This document shows positions 1-12,627 of a DNA stretch of 64,000 nt, piece by piece. Below the pieces are notes generated by a model. That model was not told the origin of the DNA. It ran no database searches and saw only the letters and a program-made list of their open reading frames with translations. Position 1 is the first letter of the stretch; every line of letters begins with the position of its first letter. The DNA is from Kondoa subrosea (Eukaryota). The position numbers were made by a program, and so were the translations under genes. The stretch covers positions 434,001 to 498,000 of the forward strand of contig BCIN01000009.1 in assembly GCA_039545335.1 (NCBI GenBank). The letters are read 5' to 3'.

Positions 1-756
1 TATCAGAGCTGACGAAGATTATAGCAACGAGAGAGCTCTGTTCTTACTCTACAGTAGTCTCGAGAAGGAAAAAGGTGAGCCTGTTATCCGTTTGCCTCGA
101 AATGAGGCCAAGGGGGACTTTGGCATTCACAGAGAGACGAGACAAGGAGCAACAGCATGCACAAGAAGCATGAAGCATTCTACAAACGTAAGCTCCCCAA
201 TCTGCAGATTCGGCTTACTTGACCTCCTGGTGTCTTCAGATCAAATTGCCTTGCAAGTCTCAACACTAATAGTTCCTCTTTCGACTATACTGTACCATCT
301 ATCATCTCACCTTTCTCTCTTCAATTCAGTCGGTAGCAAGCAGTTCTGTGATAAGTTCTGGCAAGGGCGGGATCTCTCTTCTTGTTGGTGGTTCGTCTGT
401 CCGAAGTGAGGTATGCCTCTAGAGAAGTAAAAGTATAACTGCAGAACGAGCAGAAAATGTATATTTGACACTTTACCCCGAGTCAGCGAAAGACCTCGAT
501 TCTAAAGTTGTTTGATCTTCGACTTGGTGCAGCCACAGAATCGCTAGTGCAGACTTCTCAGCCCACCAGTATAGCTGTCCTGCAATACCTGATTCCTCAA
601 GACCATTGTTTGCTTAGAATCGACTCACGTTTGTTGGCTTGAAAAACAGCATCTTGCATTTCTGCTCGAAGACCTGCGTTATCTCTCGGGAAGCTCTGCC
701 TGAAGTCTGCATTGGAAGCCTGGATCAAGCGTGATCCTTTGGGCTCCGAGTAGAAC

Positions 757-3493
757 ATGACTTCTCCGACAAACACAAATGGCATTGCTACTCAATCTCC
801 TCCCCCAACGCTAGGCTCACCTTACAAACCTTACTCTGGCTTGAACTTCGTCTCTCACAACAAGAGATCCAGCTTGGCCGATCTGCCCAATCTGAACAAA
901 GATGGCAGCAAACAAGCTCTTACATCTTCTGCTCTGGCTCATCGCAGTCTGTCAGGCGACTCGCACGACCATCTAGGGAAACCATCGTCCAGAAGCAGTA
1001 CCGATTCCTCTTTCTCTGCTCGAACCAGTTCATCATTGGCTACAAGCATAGAATCGCAAGATATGAGTAGTACAGCGTCCACAATACTTGCAGATGACAA
1101 TAAGATGGTCTCTACGCCTGAAGTATCGGCTATGGTGGAAAGCAGACGAGCATCTGATCTGGATCTGCTGCATACGGCGAAATCAACTTCAGGCAATTCT
1201 TTCCTCAATGCCAAACCTAGTCCACCACCTGTTCCTTCTACTTCTTCGCAACCTTTACATACCCAGTCTTCCAATTCTCCTACTCTGCTACCGGTCTCTG
1301 ATGCCCAGATGGATGAAGCATATGAGAAACGTGGGCGAGCCAAACATCTAAGTTCTCCACCCGGATCACTAGAACACTCTCCTACAGCCACAAGCAAATC
1401 TTCCGCCAATACTTCGCCTAGCCGAGTCTCCTTTTCTCGGTCAAGTTCAAGCGCAGAATTATCAATGTCACCAGGATCGAACAAACGACAACATTATGCT
1501 CGCCCAAGTATCGGTTCTGTCGTTCAAGCAAAACGTCGTCTTGCAAGTGCTCCATTCAATAAACCACCTCGACAAGGTTCTGTTTTATCAGAATCTGAAA
1601 TTCCAATCTTACGACCTGAGATCCCTCGTCGTACTCGATCGAGGCATGCAACTCGTGCTACAGATTTACCTATGGGTAATTCACCTCTACATCTTAGTTT
1701 CAGCTCTTTGTCCAAATTGGACATGAGTGCAGTTCCGCAAAATCACGGGACGCATCAAGATGGTGAAAGTCCAAGATGGGCAATAGATGCTGGTCGATCT
1801 TATGATGGATTATCCAATTTGGTTCTGACTCCTACAACGGAAGAATGGAAGCAGTTGGGAGGAGATATTGGTCGAAGTCGAATGAAATTGCGAAGGTTGA
1901 ATTCGAGAGGTTCAGAAATTGGGTCGCCTAGAGTTGGAGAAACTGAGTTGAAATACGATTCGGACGGGAATGAGGAATCATCGGATACTTCAAGCGATGA
2001 TGATGATCAGGAGATTGAAGCTGTTCGACCGAATTACAATGCTTGGAATGGAGGCAATTCGCTCAAGATTGTCGCACGGTCTGGATCACCTGATAAGAAC
2101 CGAGGTTTGGATCATGAGACGACGGATGAAGTGGAGAAGGTTGAAGGGCCGGATGATGATGACAACGAAAACATCGAACCTCGTCGACCTCTAATACATC
2201 GCGACTCCCTTTCTATGACAGCTGGATCAGGTCTGCGCAGCTCTAATACGTCTTTCGCTCACGATTCAAATCCACTTGCTCACTCTACCTCGTCCACTTC
2301 GCCTGTCGCACTGGATTTCCTAGGTCCGGTCGATCCTAGGTCTTATAGTGTTAGAACGGGAGCACGAACAATATCAGACTTCGTCATTGAAAGCGAAGCG
2401 GGCAAAGGAGCGTACGGGACCGTTGTACGAGCGCATCTTAAAGCTACTGATCATCAAATATCGGGTGTGAGTGCTACAACATGCTGGCTTTAAATAGTGC
2501 TGACAGAAGTTTGCAGCCACCTCTAATCATCAAGTATATTGTAAAGCAACGCATTCTAGCAGATTGTTGGAAGAAGCACAAGATTCTCGGTCCACTTCCA
2601 GTTGAAATCCACGTTCTAGATCATCTTCGTCGCATACCATACACCGAAGCCTTACCATACTCTTTGGCCTACATGTCACCAAACGAAGAAAGACAAACAA
2701 CCGGTCATCCAAACATCTGTTCTGTTCTTGATTTCTTTGCCGACGCCGAACATTACTATCTCTGCATGTCTCGTTTTGGTCAAGGCCAAGATTTGTTCGA
2801 TTACGTCGAGAACGCTCCTGATGGTCTACCTATTGATGATGTGCAGAGTATTTTCGCCCAAATAGCGTCGGCAATCACTTTCTTACATTTGCATGGAATT
2901 GTTCATCGTGATATCAAGGATGAGAACGTTATATTAGATGGAAATGGGAAAGTTCAGTTGATCGATTTTGGTTCGGCTGCGTATGTAAAGGAAGCAAGAA
3001 AGTTTGATACGTTTTCTGGAACATTAGAGTGCGTCCAACACTTAAAATTGAGAGTGCTGGCTGATATGTGTTTGTTAGCTTTGCTGCACCTGAAGTTCTC
3101 CGTGGTGAACGCTACGATGGTAGAGAAACGGATATCTGGGCGTTAGGTGTGCTGGGCTATGTTCTGTTGTGTGGTGAATGTCCTTTCTGGAACAGCGAAG
3201 AAGCAGCTCTCGGTCAGTTCTCTTCTAATCTATCTCGCATGTATATGCTGACATCATCAGCAGGAGCCGGACCTACAACTAGAGCTGCTGCGGCACTTCG
3301 ACAGAAAGCCCATCCTATTGGTTCTATTGGCACATCAGATCCCCTTGTTGCAGACGCGGTCGATCTTATTCAACGCTGTCTCGAAGTTGACTCTAGTCTG
3401 CGGCCCACCGCAGCTCAAGTTATACAACATCGATTCATACAATCGAGGTTTGGTTTACATGGGTGGATTGGGAAAGTTCCTTCGTTAGCATAA
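757..3493 (+). CDS. Ser/Thr protein kinase, PAS-kinase (PASK/Psk)-like catalytic domain with long Ser-rich disordered N-terminus
   Basis: Motifs GKGAYG, IIKYIVKQRILADCW, HRDIKDEN, IDFGSAAY, FDTFSGTLDFAAPE, DIWALG after removing GT-AG introns 2467-2516, 3029-3078 and 3213-~3263. Confidence 0.85.
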
Positions 3494-3675
3494 TTTATTA
3501 GTCGTTCAGAGTATAGTCCGTTCAGTCATTGCATCGTCCTCTCATGGCAGAGATCTTTCTTTCGCCGTCTCATCGACTTCCGGCGATTTGAGCCGGAAGG
3601 ACTTGCAAGATTTTCGCGAAGGAGTTGAAAGATTTTCTTTTCCTCGAACCAAGTTCACCACACTACAACTTACAT

Positions 3676-4106
3676 GTGAGTGCTCGTGCTATATCATATC
3701 TGCTCTCCTCTCCTCTCCGCTACTCGCACCTTTCTGCTCAAACTTTGGCATCGGGTCCAAACTCGACAAAACGCATGACGACCTTTCTACATCGCTCGCC
3801 AGACCTTCAGCCGACCTCAACTCGATCCAACAGCCCAACTAGAGATCCTGCACTGCTTCTACACCAGCTTTTGCGCAAATTCGAGTCATTCAGCATTTCG
3901 CCTCAGCATTCTTAGCCACTAAAAATTTTCAATACAAGCCGCAGCCCTCACTCAGCCGCATTGCATGCGGCCACATAGCATCGGCTCGCTTCTACATCGT
4001 TCACTCTGGCTCGTCTTTCCACTTTCTGCTCTTTCTGACACGTTCTGCTATCAAACATTGTCCTTGCTGGGTGACTATAAGCTGATTGTTATCTTTTCTC
4101 TTACAG
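3676..4106 (+). other. Probable long 5'-UTR intron of TEF1
   Basis: GTGAGT donor at 3676; GCTGAT branch, pyrimidine tract and TTACAG acceptor ending at 4106, four nt before the ATG at 4111. Confidence 0.55.
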
Positions 4107-4110
4107 CAAA

Positions 4111-6245
4111 ATGGGAAAAGAAAAGGGGTAAGCTATTTCACGCTTTGTCTTTTGTCCAGTCCTGATTCTTTTCTTGCAGACACGTTAAGTACGCTTGCAT
4201 CAAGCTCTCTTCTCTTCATCACTGACATTCACTCCAGCGTCGTCGTTATCGGACACGTATGTCTTGCTTCTTCATTTCTTCTTCCGCTTCGTGCTGACCA
4301 ATTCGGTACAGGTCGAGTAAATTACCCTTATCGCAGCGTTTTCCATTCCTCTCTTACATCGTTGCGTAGTTCCGGAAAGTCAACCACCACCGGTCACTTG
4401 ATCTACAAGTGCGGAGGTATTGACAAGGCAAGTCATTGTTCCAGCAGTCAATTATCTATCCTGATACCTGTCTACAGCGAACCATCGAAAAGTTCGAGAA
4501 GGAAGCTGCTGAACTTGGAAAGGGTTCCTTCAAGTACGCCTGGGTTTTGGACAAACTCAAGGCCGAACGTGAACGTGGTATCACCATCGATATCGCTCTA
4601 TGGAAGTTCGAAACCCCCAAGTACATGGTTACTGTGTATGTTTCTTCAAGTATGCGTCTGTGTCTAGCTCACGCCTTGTATCAGCATCGACGCTCCAGGC
4701 CACAGAGATTTCATCAAGAACATGATTACTGGTACATCTCAAGCTGATTGCGCTATTTTGATCATTGCCGCCGGTACCGGTGAATTCGAAGCTGGTATCT
4801 CCAAGGATGGTCAGACTCGTGAACACGCTCTTCTTGCCTTCACCCTCGGTGTGCGTCAGCTCATCGTTGCCATCAACAAGATGGACACTACCAAGTGGTC
4901 TGAAGCCCGTTACGAGGAAATTGTCAAGGAAACCTCCAGTATGTCTTCTCGCTCTCATCATTCGTCGCCTTGTCTAACGCAGGTGTCGTGTAGACTTCAT
5001 CAAGAAGGTCGGTTTCAACCCCAAGAACGTCGCTTTCGTACCTATCTCAGGATGGCACGGAGACAACATGATTGAGGAATCAACCAACGTATGTCTTCTC
5101 AATGGCTTGCCTGCTACACGTCTTACATCGTTCGTGTAGATGACCTGGTTCAAAGGTTGGCGCAAGGATATCAAGGGCGGTGAAGCCAAGGGCAAAACCC
5201 TCCTTGAAGCCATCGATGCTATTGAACCTCCTTCTCGCCCTACCGACAAGCCTCTCCGTCTCCCTCTCCAAGATGTGTACAAGATCGGTGGTATCGGAAC
5301 AGTGCCAGTCGGACGTGTCGAAACCGGAACCATCAAGGCCGGTATGGTTGTCGTCTTCGCCCCTGCTAACGTCACCACCGAAGTCAAGTCCGTCGAAATG
5401 CACCACGAACAGCTCGAAGCCGGTCTTCCAGGAGACAACGTCGGTTTCAACGTCAAGAACGGTTAGTCTTCCATCCTCACTCCTCATAGCGATTCATCTC
5501 ATCTTGTTTCTTTAGTTTCCGTCAAGGATATCCGAAGAGGAAACGTTTGCGGTGATTCCAAGTCAGACCCACCTCAAGAAGCTGCCTCTTTCAACGCTCA
5601 AGTCATTGTTCTTAACCACCCTGGTCAAATCGGAGCTGGTTACTCTCCAGTGTTGGATTGCCACACTGCTCGTTAGTTACTCTTTTGCTGCCAGTAACAT
5701 GAACATCTTACCGATCTTCGAACGTACCTAACAGACATTGCATGCAAATTCTCTGAACTCCTTGAGAAGATTGACCGAAGAACTGGTAAAGTTATTGAAG
5801 CGAGTCCTAAGTTCGTCAAGTCCGGTGACGCTGCCATTGTCAAAGTAAGTTTGATAAGTCATGTTCAAGCACATTGCTGACACAGTGGTGGTGCAACTAG
5901 ATGGTTCCCTCCAAGCCTATGTGGTGAGTCATCATGTCGGATGACCATCTTTCTTTCGCTTAATTTTTTGACTCTTAACAGTGTCGAATCTTTCAACGAA
6001 TACCCACCTCTCGGTCGGTTTGCTGTCCGTGATATGCGACAAACCGTTGCCGTCGGTGTCATCAAAAGTGTCGAGAAGACTGCTGGCAAGGGTGGAAAGG
6101 TCACTAAGGTCGGGAAACCTTTCGTTCGAATCCATGATATATCTAATCTCTTACACCCTACTAGGCTGCTGAGAAGGCAACCAAAAAGAAGGTGTGTATC
6201 AATACGGGACTCATGACAAAGCGCTTATTCGGTTTTCTCCAGTAA
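4111..6245 (+). CDS. TEF1: Translation elongation factor 1-alpha (14 CDS introns)
   Basis: Spliced product [82 protein letters not shown]...[21 protein letters not shown]...ATKKK. Introns: 4128-4179, 4189-4237, 4257-4311, 4317-4369, 4428-4477 (GC-AG), 4636-4684, 4939-4993, 5089-5139, 5462-5515, 5672-5734, 5845-5900, 5924-5981, 6109-6164, 6192-6242. Confidence 0.98.
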
Positions 6246-6586
6246 ATCACTTCACCTACCTTCAAGAGATTCGCCTGCTGCTTTTCAATTTCGACATCGT
6301 CATTTCAGGATACGAAGGCTTGACTTTCGGCTCAATCTTTGAGAGCTTCAAGCTATGGAGTGATGATGTTTGTACAGTTGTATCGTAGCAAGGCTTTTCA
6401 CATCTTGTAGATTCGTTGGGGATTTGGTTCTTCTTGATTTCTTAATGCATAATTCATAGCATTCGATCACTCACTCTCCGTATCCGTTGTCCTCGCGAAG
6501 AGCTTTTTCCTTTAAAGTGCACCGGTTGACCTTGATTACATACGTATCAACTTGAACATAACCAAAGTTCACACCCCACATTTCAG

Positions 6587-7291
6587 ATGTGTCCTGTCAG
6601 CTCCGCGGGAAGCTCTAGCTGGTCAACACTCTATCTTATGGGAGCAACACCGGCAGATATCGACTTGGGCTTGTATTACGAGGAAACATCAAAGTTCGAA
6701 TCTCTTCGTAACTTTGTGAAGACGACCATCCATATCACACATCGCACCAGTCTAGTGTACTCACAGTAGCTCTCTCTTTGACAACACGAGGTTTGCTTCG
6801 ACAATGCGAACCGAGTCCGACTCAAAAGGAAGCTAGTCTTCTTTCGCTAGCCTCTATCAACAAGAGCTTCAACACACTACCAAGCTCGACGCAGCTGGCG
6901 CAGACCAGGAATGCCTTGAAATTGGTCAATAAACCCTAACAGCAGCGGGCAACAATGGCTCCCTCGCTGCCTAGATTCATTATCTCAAGCCAGTCTTTCC
7001 AACGATGAGATGAATAGAGAGTCGCACTTGGTCATGGCTGCTGCAAATGTCAGAAAAGCGGCTGCCTTTGAAGGCAAGAAGGTCGAAATTGCCAGTCCCA
7101 AAGCTTTGATAGTATGGATCGAAGAAGAGATTGGTCTTGATCTCGCTTGGATATCTTCCTTCATTCCGTAGAAGCGCTGCCGATTCAAACCTATGCTTTC
7201 AGCTTTGGCGCTTGACTTTGTTCAATCGAAATCCTTTTCACTATCAGCGATTCAGGATTCCAGTATAGCTCTCATCATGGCCTGCGAATGA
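6587..7291 (+). pseudogene. Orphan multi-exon gene or decayed gene fragment
   Basis: Protein-like open stretches (…DIDLGLYYEETSKFESL; …KALIVWIEEEIGLDLAWISSFIP*KRCRFKPML…) with plausible splice sites but an internal stop. No family recognised. Confidence 0.25.
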
Positions 7292-7770
7292 TCTTGAGCG
7301 ATGTAGTAGTCATCATGACCTGGGGGTTCTCCTTTGTTCCGCTGTCTCGTCTTTCATACATCTATGCCATTTGAGAAATTGCGTATGATATTGTTTCTGT
7401 TCTACATTATCTTGGCCTGGCCGTAGGCTTACACGCACTACCACCTTTGCGCTCCGAATCTGTCCTCTCGCCTTCTGATGACTCATCTATAGTCCCTTTG
7501 TACGAAGACATCAGCCAAGTTTTTGGAAAGGAAAGCGCTGTCTGAATATCCCAAAGGTTCCGTCACTGCGCTTATGCTCTATTCATCTACCATGAACTCT
7601 ATTGCGCTTCCCTATCAATGCTTAACTCCAACTTGCCGAAATGTTTCAGGCGGTGCGTATTCGAATGAAACCTCGAAAATTCGTTTAGCTCTCTTCTCTT
7701 CTCTCTTTCATCCAAACAATTACCAACATAACAACCATATTACAGCCAATTCTCTGCAAGATCAGTTCTT

Positions 7771-8465
7771 ATGACTCAAGTAGCTTTCAACTCCACTGCG
7801 CCTCATTTGTTACAGAAAGCAACTCACCACGAACATGTCTTCCTAAGTGGATGGATGCATCAATCAAGCTACAATCAGACTTTTGACACCAGTGACATGG
7901 GCTATGATCGCGTAGCATCTAGATTCTCATCCAGCAGAGAGGCGACTCAGCATGGAGCAATGCCACAAGTTTGGGTCATTGGAGCATACCAACGCCTTAC
8001 GGGTATAGGTCGGAACGAATGGCCGCTATGTATCGCGATGAGGGTTCGCGTCATGCGAGATACTGGCCATGGTTAGTCGCTGATCCTTTGTTCTTTCGGA
8101 GCCAATCTGACTTCATCTTCAATTTCATATGAGTAGTTTCAGCTGAATTGCACAGAATGACAGCTCACGATACACTTCATGTCAATGACCTTAGCTTGAT
8201 GATTACTCAATTGGTCAATGCTATGCGCAACATCTCTTGGGATCCAGTTCCTACAATCGATCCTGCGGGCATATTCGCGCGTCGCATCGACTTTCGTTTG
8301 CAGGAACATGGACATGACGCTGAAGCATTGCGCGGAGCTCTTCGCCATAATCATTTTACTTCTGGCGAACCGCAAGTGGTTGAAGGAAACACTTATCAAG
8401 GTATTACAGTTCCGGCGCACACAGTCACAATGTGGTCTTTACGTTTCGTCGGAGGTGCTTCATAG
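7771..8465 (+). CDS. Hypothetical protein (~207 aa, 2 exons)
   Basis: ORFs 7771-8076 and 8148-8465 join in frame through intron 8072-8142 (GTTAGT…TTTCAG). No domain recognised. Confidence 0.5.
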
Positions 8466-8968
8466 ACTGACTCCTTATGAGTTCATTTCATCATGTACAC
8501 TAGCAATTATGCATCTTTTTGCGCTCTTTTTCAACGATCGCTTAAAGCGCTGAATGCATCGTCAAGCAAAGTAGATCTGCGTCGGTGTAGACACATCGAG
8601 CCAAAGCAATGCGCTGTAACGAAATCGGTGCGCCATACCACGAATGAACTGAAGAATAATGAGCTAACTGCTCGCTGTCCTGCACTCAATTGATTGCCGG
8701 TCGCTGGGAACCATACTAGTGCCTTGGCTCTGATATGTACTGTCCATTACTATGCAATTCCATCTTTCTTTTCATGTTGGAACAGATACTTCGCGGAGCC
8801 TTACAGCAGCAAGTTACAGCAATATAGTGAGTATACATTCATAGTAATAGTTATACAAAGAAGATAAACGCATAGACAGCTTAACGTAAAAGCCAATAAA
8901 AGATTCAGATGTCGACATCCCATACTTCCCAAGAACCAATTTGTGATTTCTCTAAACTGCCAAAATCT

Positions 8969-10546
8969 CTAATGCAGAGTCGAACGTCTTCTATGAGCAT
9001 AGCTGGTTGTCGGAGCATCGAAGGAAGAAGTAGCAGAAGAACCGACTTCGAAACCTAATGAAGTTCGTTTGCGTTTGTTTGAGCCTTCTTCGGTTACAGT
9101 CGCAAGAGCACTACGCTCAGCTTGAGCGTCACGAAGAGCATCTCGTGCGATCTTCAAGGCGTTTGAACACTGCCGTAGCATATTCAGGATCACCTAAAGA
9201 AACAATAGACACGAGCTTACTTTGGCCATTTTGACGGGTAGACTGTTGGCTCTCAGACCTCCCAGATTCCCTGTGCCTTCATCGCCATCATATTCGAAAT
9301 CTAGCAAGAGTGTATGAGCTTCGTTTTTTGAGCTAATAGAAAATAGACTGACTAGCATCAGCAGCCAAAAGAGGTTCAGGACTGAATAGTCTAGGATTAG
9401 GTTCGTACGTGTTTTCCTCCTCTACTTCTGGCCAAGTTTCACAACCAGAACCGAAAGAATGAGGTGGTAAGCCAAGCATGTTGTTTGGAGGAGTAATGAG
9501 ATTGTCAGAAGCAGGAGAATAAGAAGAAGATCGCCCAAGAGTCGGTAATTCGGCAAGAGGTGGTAGATAAGTATTGACATCGGAAAGAAGATGGGTGTCG
9601 ATAGTTAGACCATTGCGAGCGATGTAAGTAGGCGCCCAATGAGTCTTGTAAGGCGAGGGAGGAAGAGCTGGAAGACCATAATGAGTGGAAATGGGCGAAG
9701 GAGCGATCATTTGAGCCGTAGGATAACTAGATGAGCGCGAATTGAATCTAATGCACACCGCAGCAGCTCGGAAAAGCCTTACGAGAATCCACCTTGAGCC
9801 AAGGCAGGTCGGTGGACAGGTAAATAAGAGAGTAAAGCTTCAGAAGTTGGTGCATCAGAATCCAAATCGGTAGTACCGACTACCCAGGTTTGGTCAAAGG
9901 TGGAAGTTCTGGTTTGAGGATTGATGAAGTCAGTCCGTTTGCTGTCAAGAAGAGTAGACCAATCTGGATCTTGAGTAGGATCGTAAATAGACAAAGCTTG
10001 AGTGCGATGGTCAGCCAGCTGACGAGGAACGACAATTTGATCAGAAACAGGCGAAGAGAATGAATGGTCTGGAAGCTGAGCTGAAGAGACTTGCGGCGTG
10101 AACAGTCGAGCCTGGGTAGTCCGAACATCGGGAGAAGCATTGTCGATAGATTGAGCTTGCAGCGCAGTGAGCTGCTTCTGCAGAGCCCTCTTCTCGTTCA
10201 ACGCTTCTGAACACAGTTCTCCCTGTACGAGAGAAGTTTGAGGTGCTGCGTGTAATACCAGCACAAGGGACATACCAGCTTCACCACTGTCAACTGCAGT
10301 TCTTCAATTGCTGCTTGATTGCATCAGCTGGCTGTGGCTGTTGTACATAGCTCGACATACCTTGCTCCAGCTGTCTGACATAGTGTGACCGCCTTTTCCG
10401 AAAATCAGCCTGAGCGGCCGCATCTGTAGCAAGACTCTAAGTCCAGCATTGAGCAGCAATGCAACCAACTCACTCTTGGCCTTCTTCGCGCGTTCAGTAG
10501 CTGAGTCATAATCTACCGTTCTTGCACCTTTCTTTGACCTGCCCAT
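8969..10546 (-). CDS. bZIP transcription factor, Yap-like basic region
   Basis: Removing intron 10473-10424 (GTGAGT…CTACAG) and the next two introns gives TERAKKAKNAAAQADFRKRRSHYVRQLEQAIEELQLTVVKLGELCSEALNEKRALQKQLTAL: an NxxAQxxFR basic region plus a heptad leucine zipper. A Pro/Ser-rich C-terminus follows. Confidence 0.75.
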
Positions 10547-11574
10547 GATCGGGAAAAAAGGGACTGGTTACAGACAGACAACACAGGGGAAAAAAACTGG
10601 GGGGACAACAGGGAGAATACAGACAGAGCAGTATACAGTCGTGAATTGAGACTCGAGGAACACCGGCAGCGAAACGCCTTTTATATTTTGGAAGACACTT
10701 CCGTTCTTGCAACTTTAAAGCGCTAATCCAAATTCAAGCCTTTGTTTGAGATTGCTGCAGTTGAGCTACGGATGAGCTAGCAGCACAACCCACATGGGAG
10801 CAAAGCAGCGCAGATACTAATACCATGAGAAATCGCTTCGAAATGTTTCGGTCCGTTGAGGTAGGCCATGTGTTTGGCAACACGTAGCAGAGTCGGGTGC
10901 GGAGCAACGTGCATCCTTATATCTGCAGAAGGCGGCCATAAGGGGAATAGAACACCTTGGTTGTGCATTGAAAATATAAGGCAATTTGAAGCTTATTCTA
11001 CTCCTACACTTCCCACATATAGACATAGGTTTAATAGACATAAGGTATGAGTTTGTATGGCACTTGTTGAGTATATGTCTGCAGAGAAGCAATGAGAATT
11101 CAACAGAGAGAATGGAAAGAAGGGAATCCTCACAGTCCACTTCTTGTGATACTTCTTCTCCATCGATTGAGCAACTATTCGAGCGAGTAGAAGAAGCATG
11201 AGCGAAACATAAAGGCGCTGTCGATAAAAAACGTACGGTCTGGAATAGCTGTTGCAAAGTAAGCGAATTGCTGTGCGGCGATTACTCCAGCCGCAATCAC
11301 ATTGCCCTGCCATGCCTGTCAGATCGCTCAGAGTACGACCAGCGCTAGGGCGACTCACAGTAGTCAGAGTGATGCCAGTCCGCCAAAGCGCATATCCTAA
11401 GTAAAGGTTCAGCCAGATATTTACTTCTAGATGTCCTCTAATTACCTAGGTAGTTGGGATGACGAACCACTATATCACCGATATATAAGATAAATCACTG
11501 AAGGACTGCAGAGTTGAGACTTACGACCGTGCAATCCCGTATTGTCAATTTGATCCTTGTTCTTTGGCTTAGCC

Positions 11575-12627
11575 TTGAACTGCCTTCTTGATTCTTCACT
11601 GCCCAATTCGAAGCCCATGCCCAAGACGAAAAGAGCTAGACCAGCATACTGTTTCCAACCAAGAGTTTGACCTGTCTCACCAGTCAGTCAACAGGCCTGT
11701 CCGCGACCGGTTCAATCTTGCCTTCGAGAGGATTCTGTGTCGCGGTGTAGACGAGAACCAAAGTATTGATAGTGGACATGGCCATATTCTATACGAGAAG
11801 TAATGAATCAGTCTTTGGAGCGGTAGCCAAGCAGTACAAGCGCTGTTCACTCACGTAGATACCAACACCAAGGCCAGCACCTGGATGAGTCTGTTCAGAT
11901 CGCTAGCTGGAGGGTAGACTCGAAACTCTATGCTTACCTGGGCTGAAGTAATAGCCTCTGGTCACCGTAGCCCAATATACATGTCGCAATGAAGCGGCGC
12001 CCTGCACAAAGAGTTCGCTGAGCCATGATAGATCTCACAGGTCAAGCAGACGCACCATCATGCCCAGCATCAGACTAGCACTCTCCGTCAATCCTCCCTG
12101 TTTCGATAATTACTTGAGACAGGCCGGAATCCAGCTTGTTTGCAGGACGTACAATACTAAAACGAGCAGGCGCTATATTGTAAACAGAATTGGTAGCTGC
12201 TCGGAGGCCAACAGCTCCAATAGCTCGAGCGGCATAACCACCAGTGATAAGAGTGTATTGTAGGAAAGGATCGGCCAAACGGGTCAAGCACATCAGTGCA
12301 GGACCGGGTACACTATCTTTGCTCTTGTAATTATGCCTGTCCATGTTGAAGGTGACGATGGTTTGGGACGAGAAACAATAAGTACATTCATTTCGAACGC
12401 GCTCGGACGCGCGCGCTCTGGGCACAGTACAATAGGGGTTGTATAAGCACAATGGGTTGCATTACGTGCTTCGCCTAGTGCTGCGGGATTACGACACCTT
12501 GCTGAAAGTTTATGTTGGGTGCAATGACCCTGACTTGACCATGCAGTATCTTGCGCCGTTCGACGGGCGAGAAGCCTCAACAGATAAGAAGCATCCGACC
12601 TTTGTGATCGTCCTGAGCGAAGTATGA
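11575..12627 (+). pseudogene. Possible decayed gene (short interrupted ORF fragments)
   Basis: Successive short protein-like frames (11588-11803, 12060-12263, 12439-12627) separated by stops or frameshifts. No family recognised. Confidence 0.15.

Noticed and set aside
1..600. ORF 92-409 and the window start
   Set aside because: Non-ATG start, no recognisable motifs, and no consistent gene model could be built.
939..5487. Long antisense ORFs over the kinase and TEF1 (939-1484, 4974-5456, 5080-5487)
   Set aside because: These are shadow ORFs produced by the codon bias of the sense genes.
6124..6133. GTTCGAATCC, like a tRNA T-loop
   Set aside because: It lies inside a 56-nt TEF1 intron, with no cloverleaf or acceptor stem.
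10551..10628. Imperfect duplicated GGGAAAAAA…ACAGACAG segment upstream of the bZIP gene
   Set aside because: Low-complexity pyrimidine-rich leader on the minus strand, not a true repeat array.
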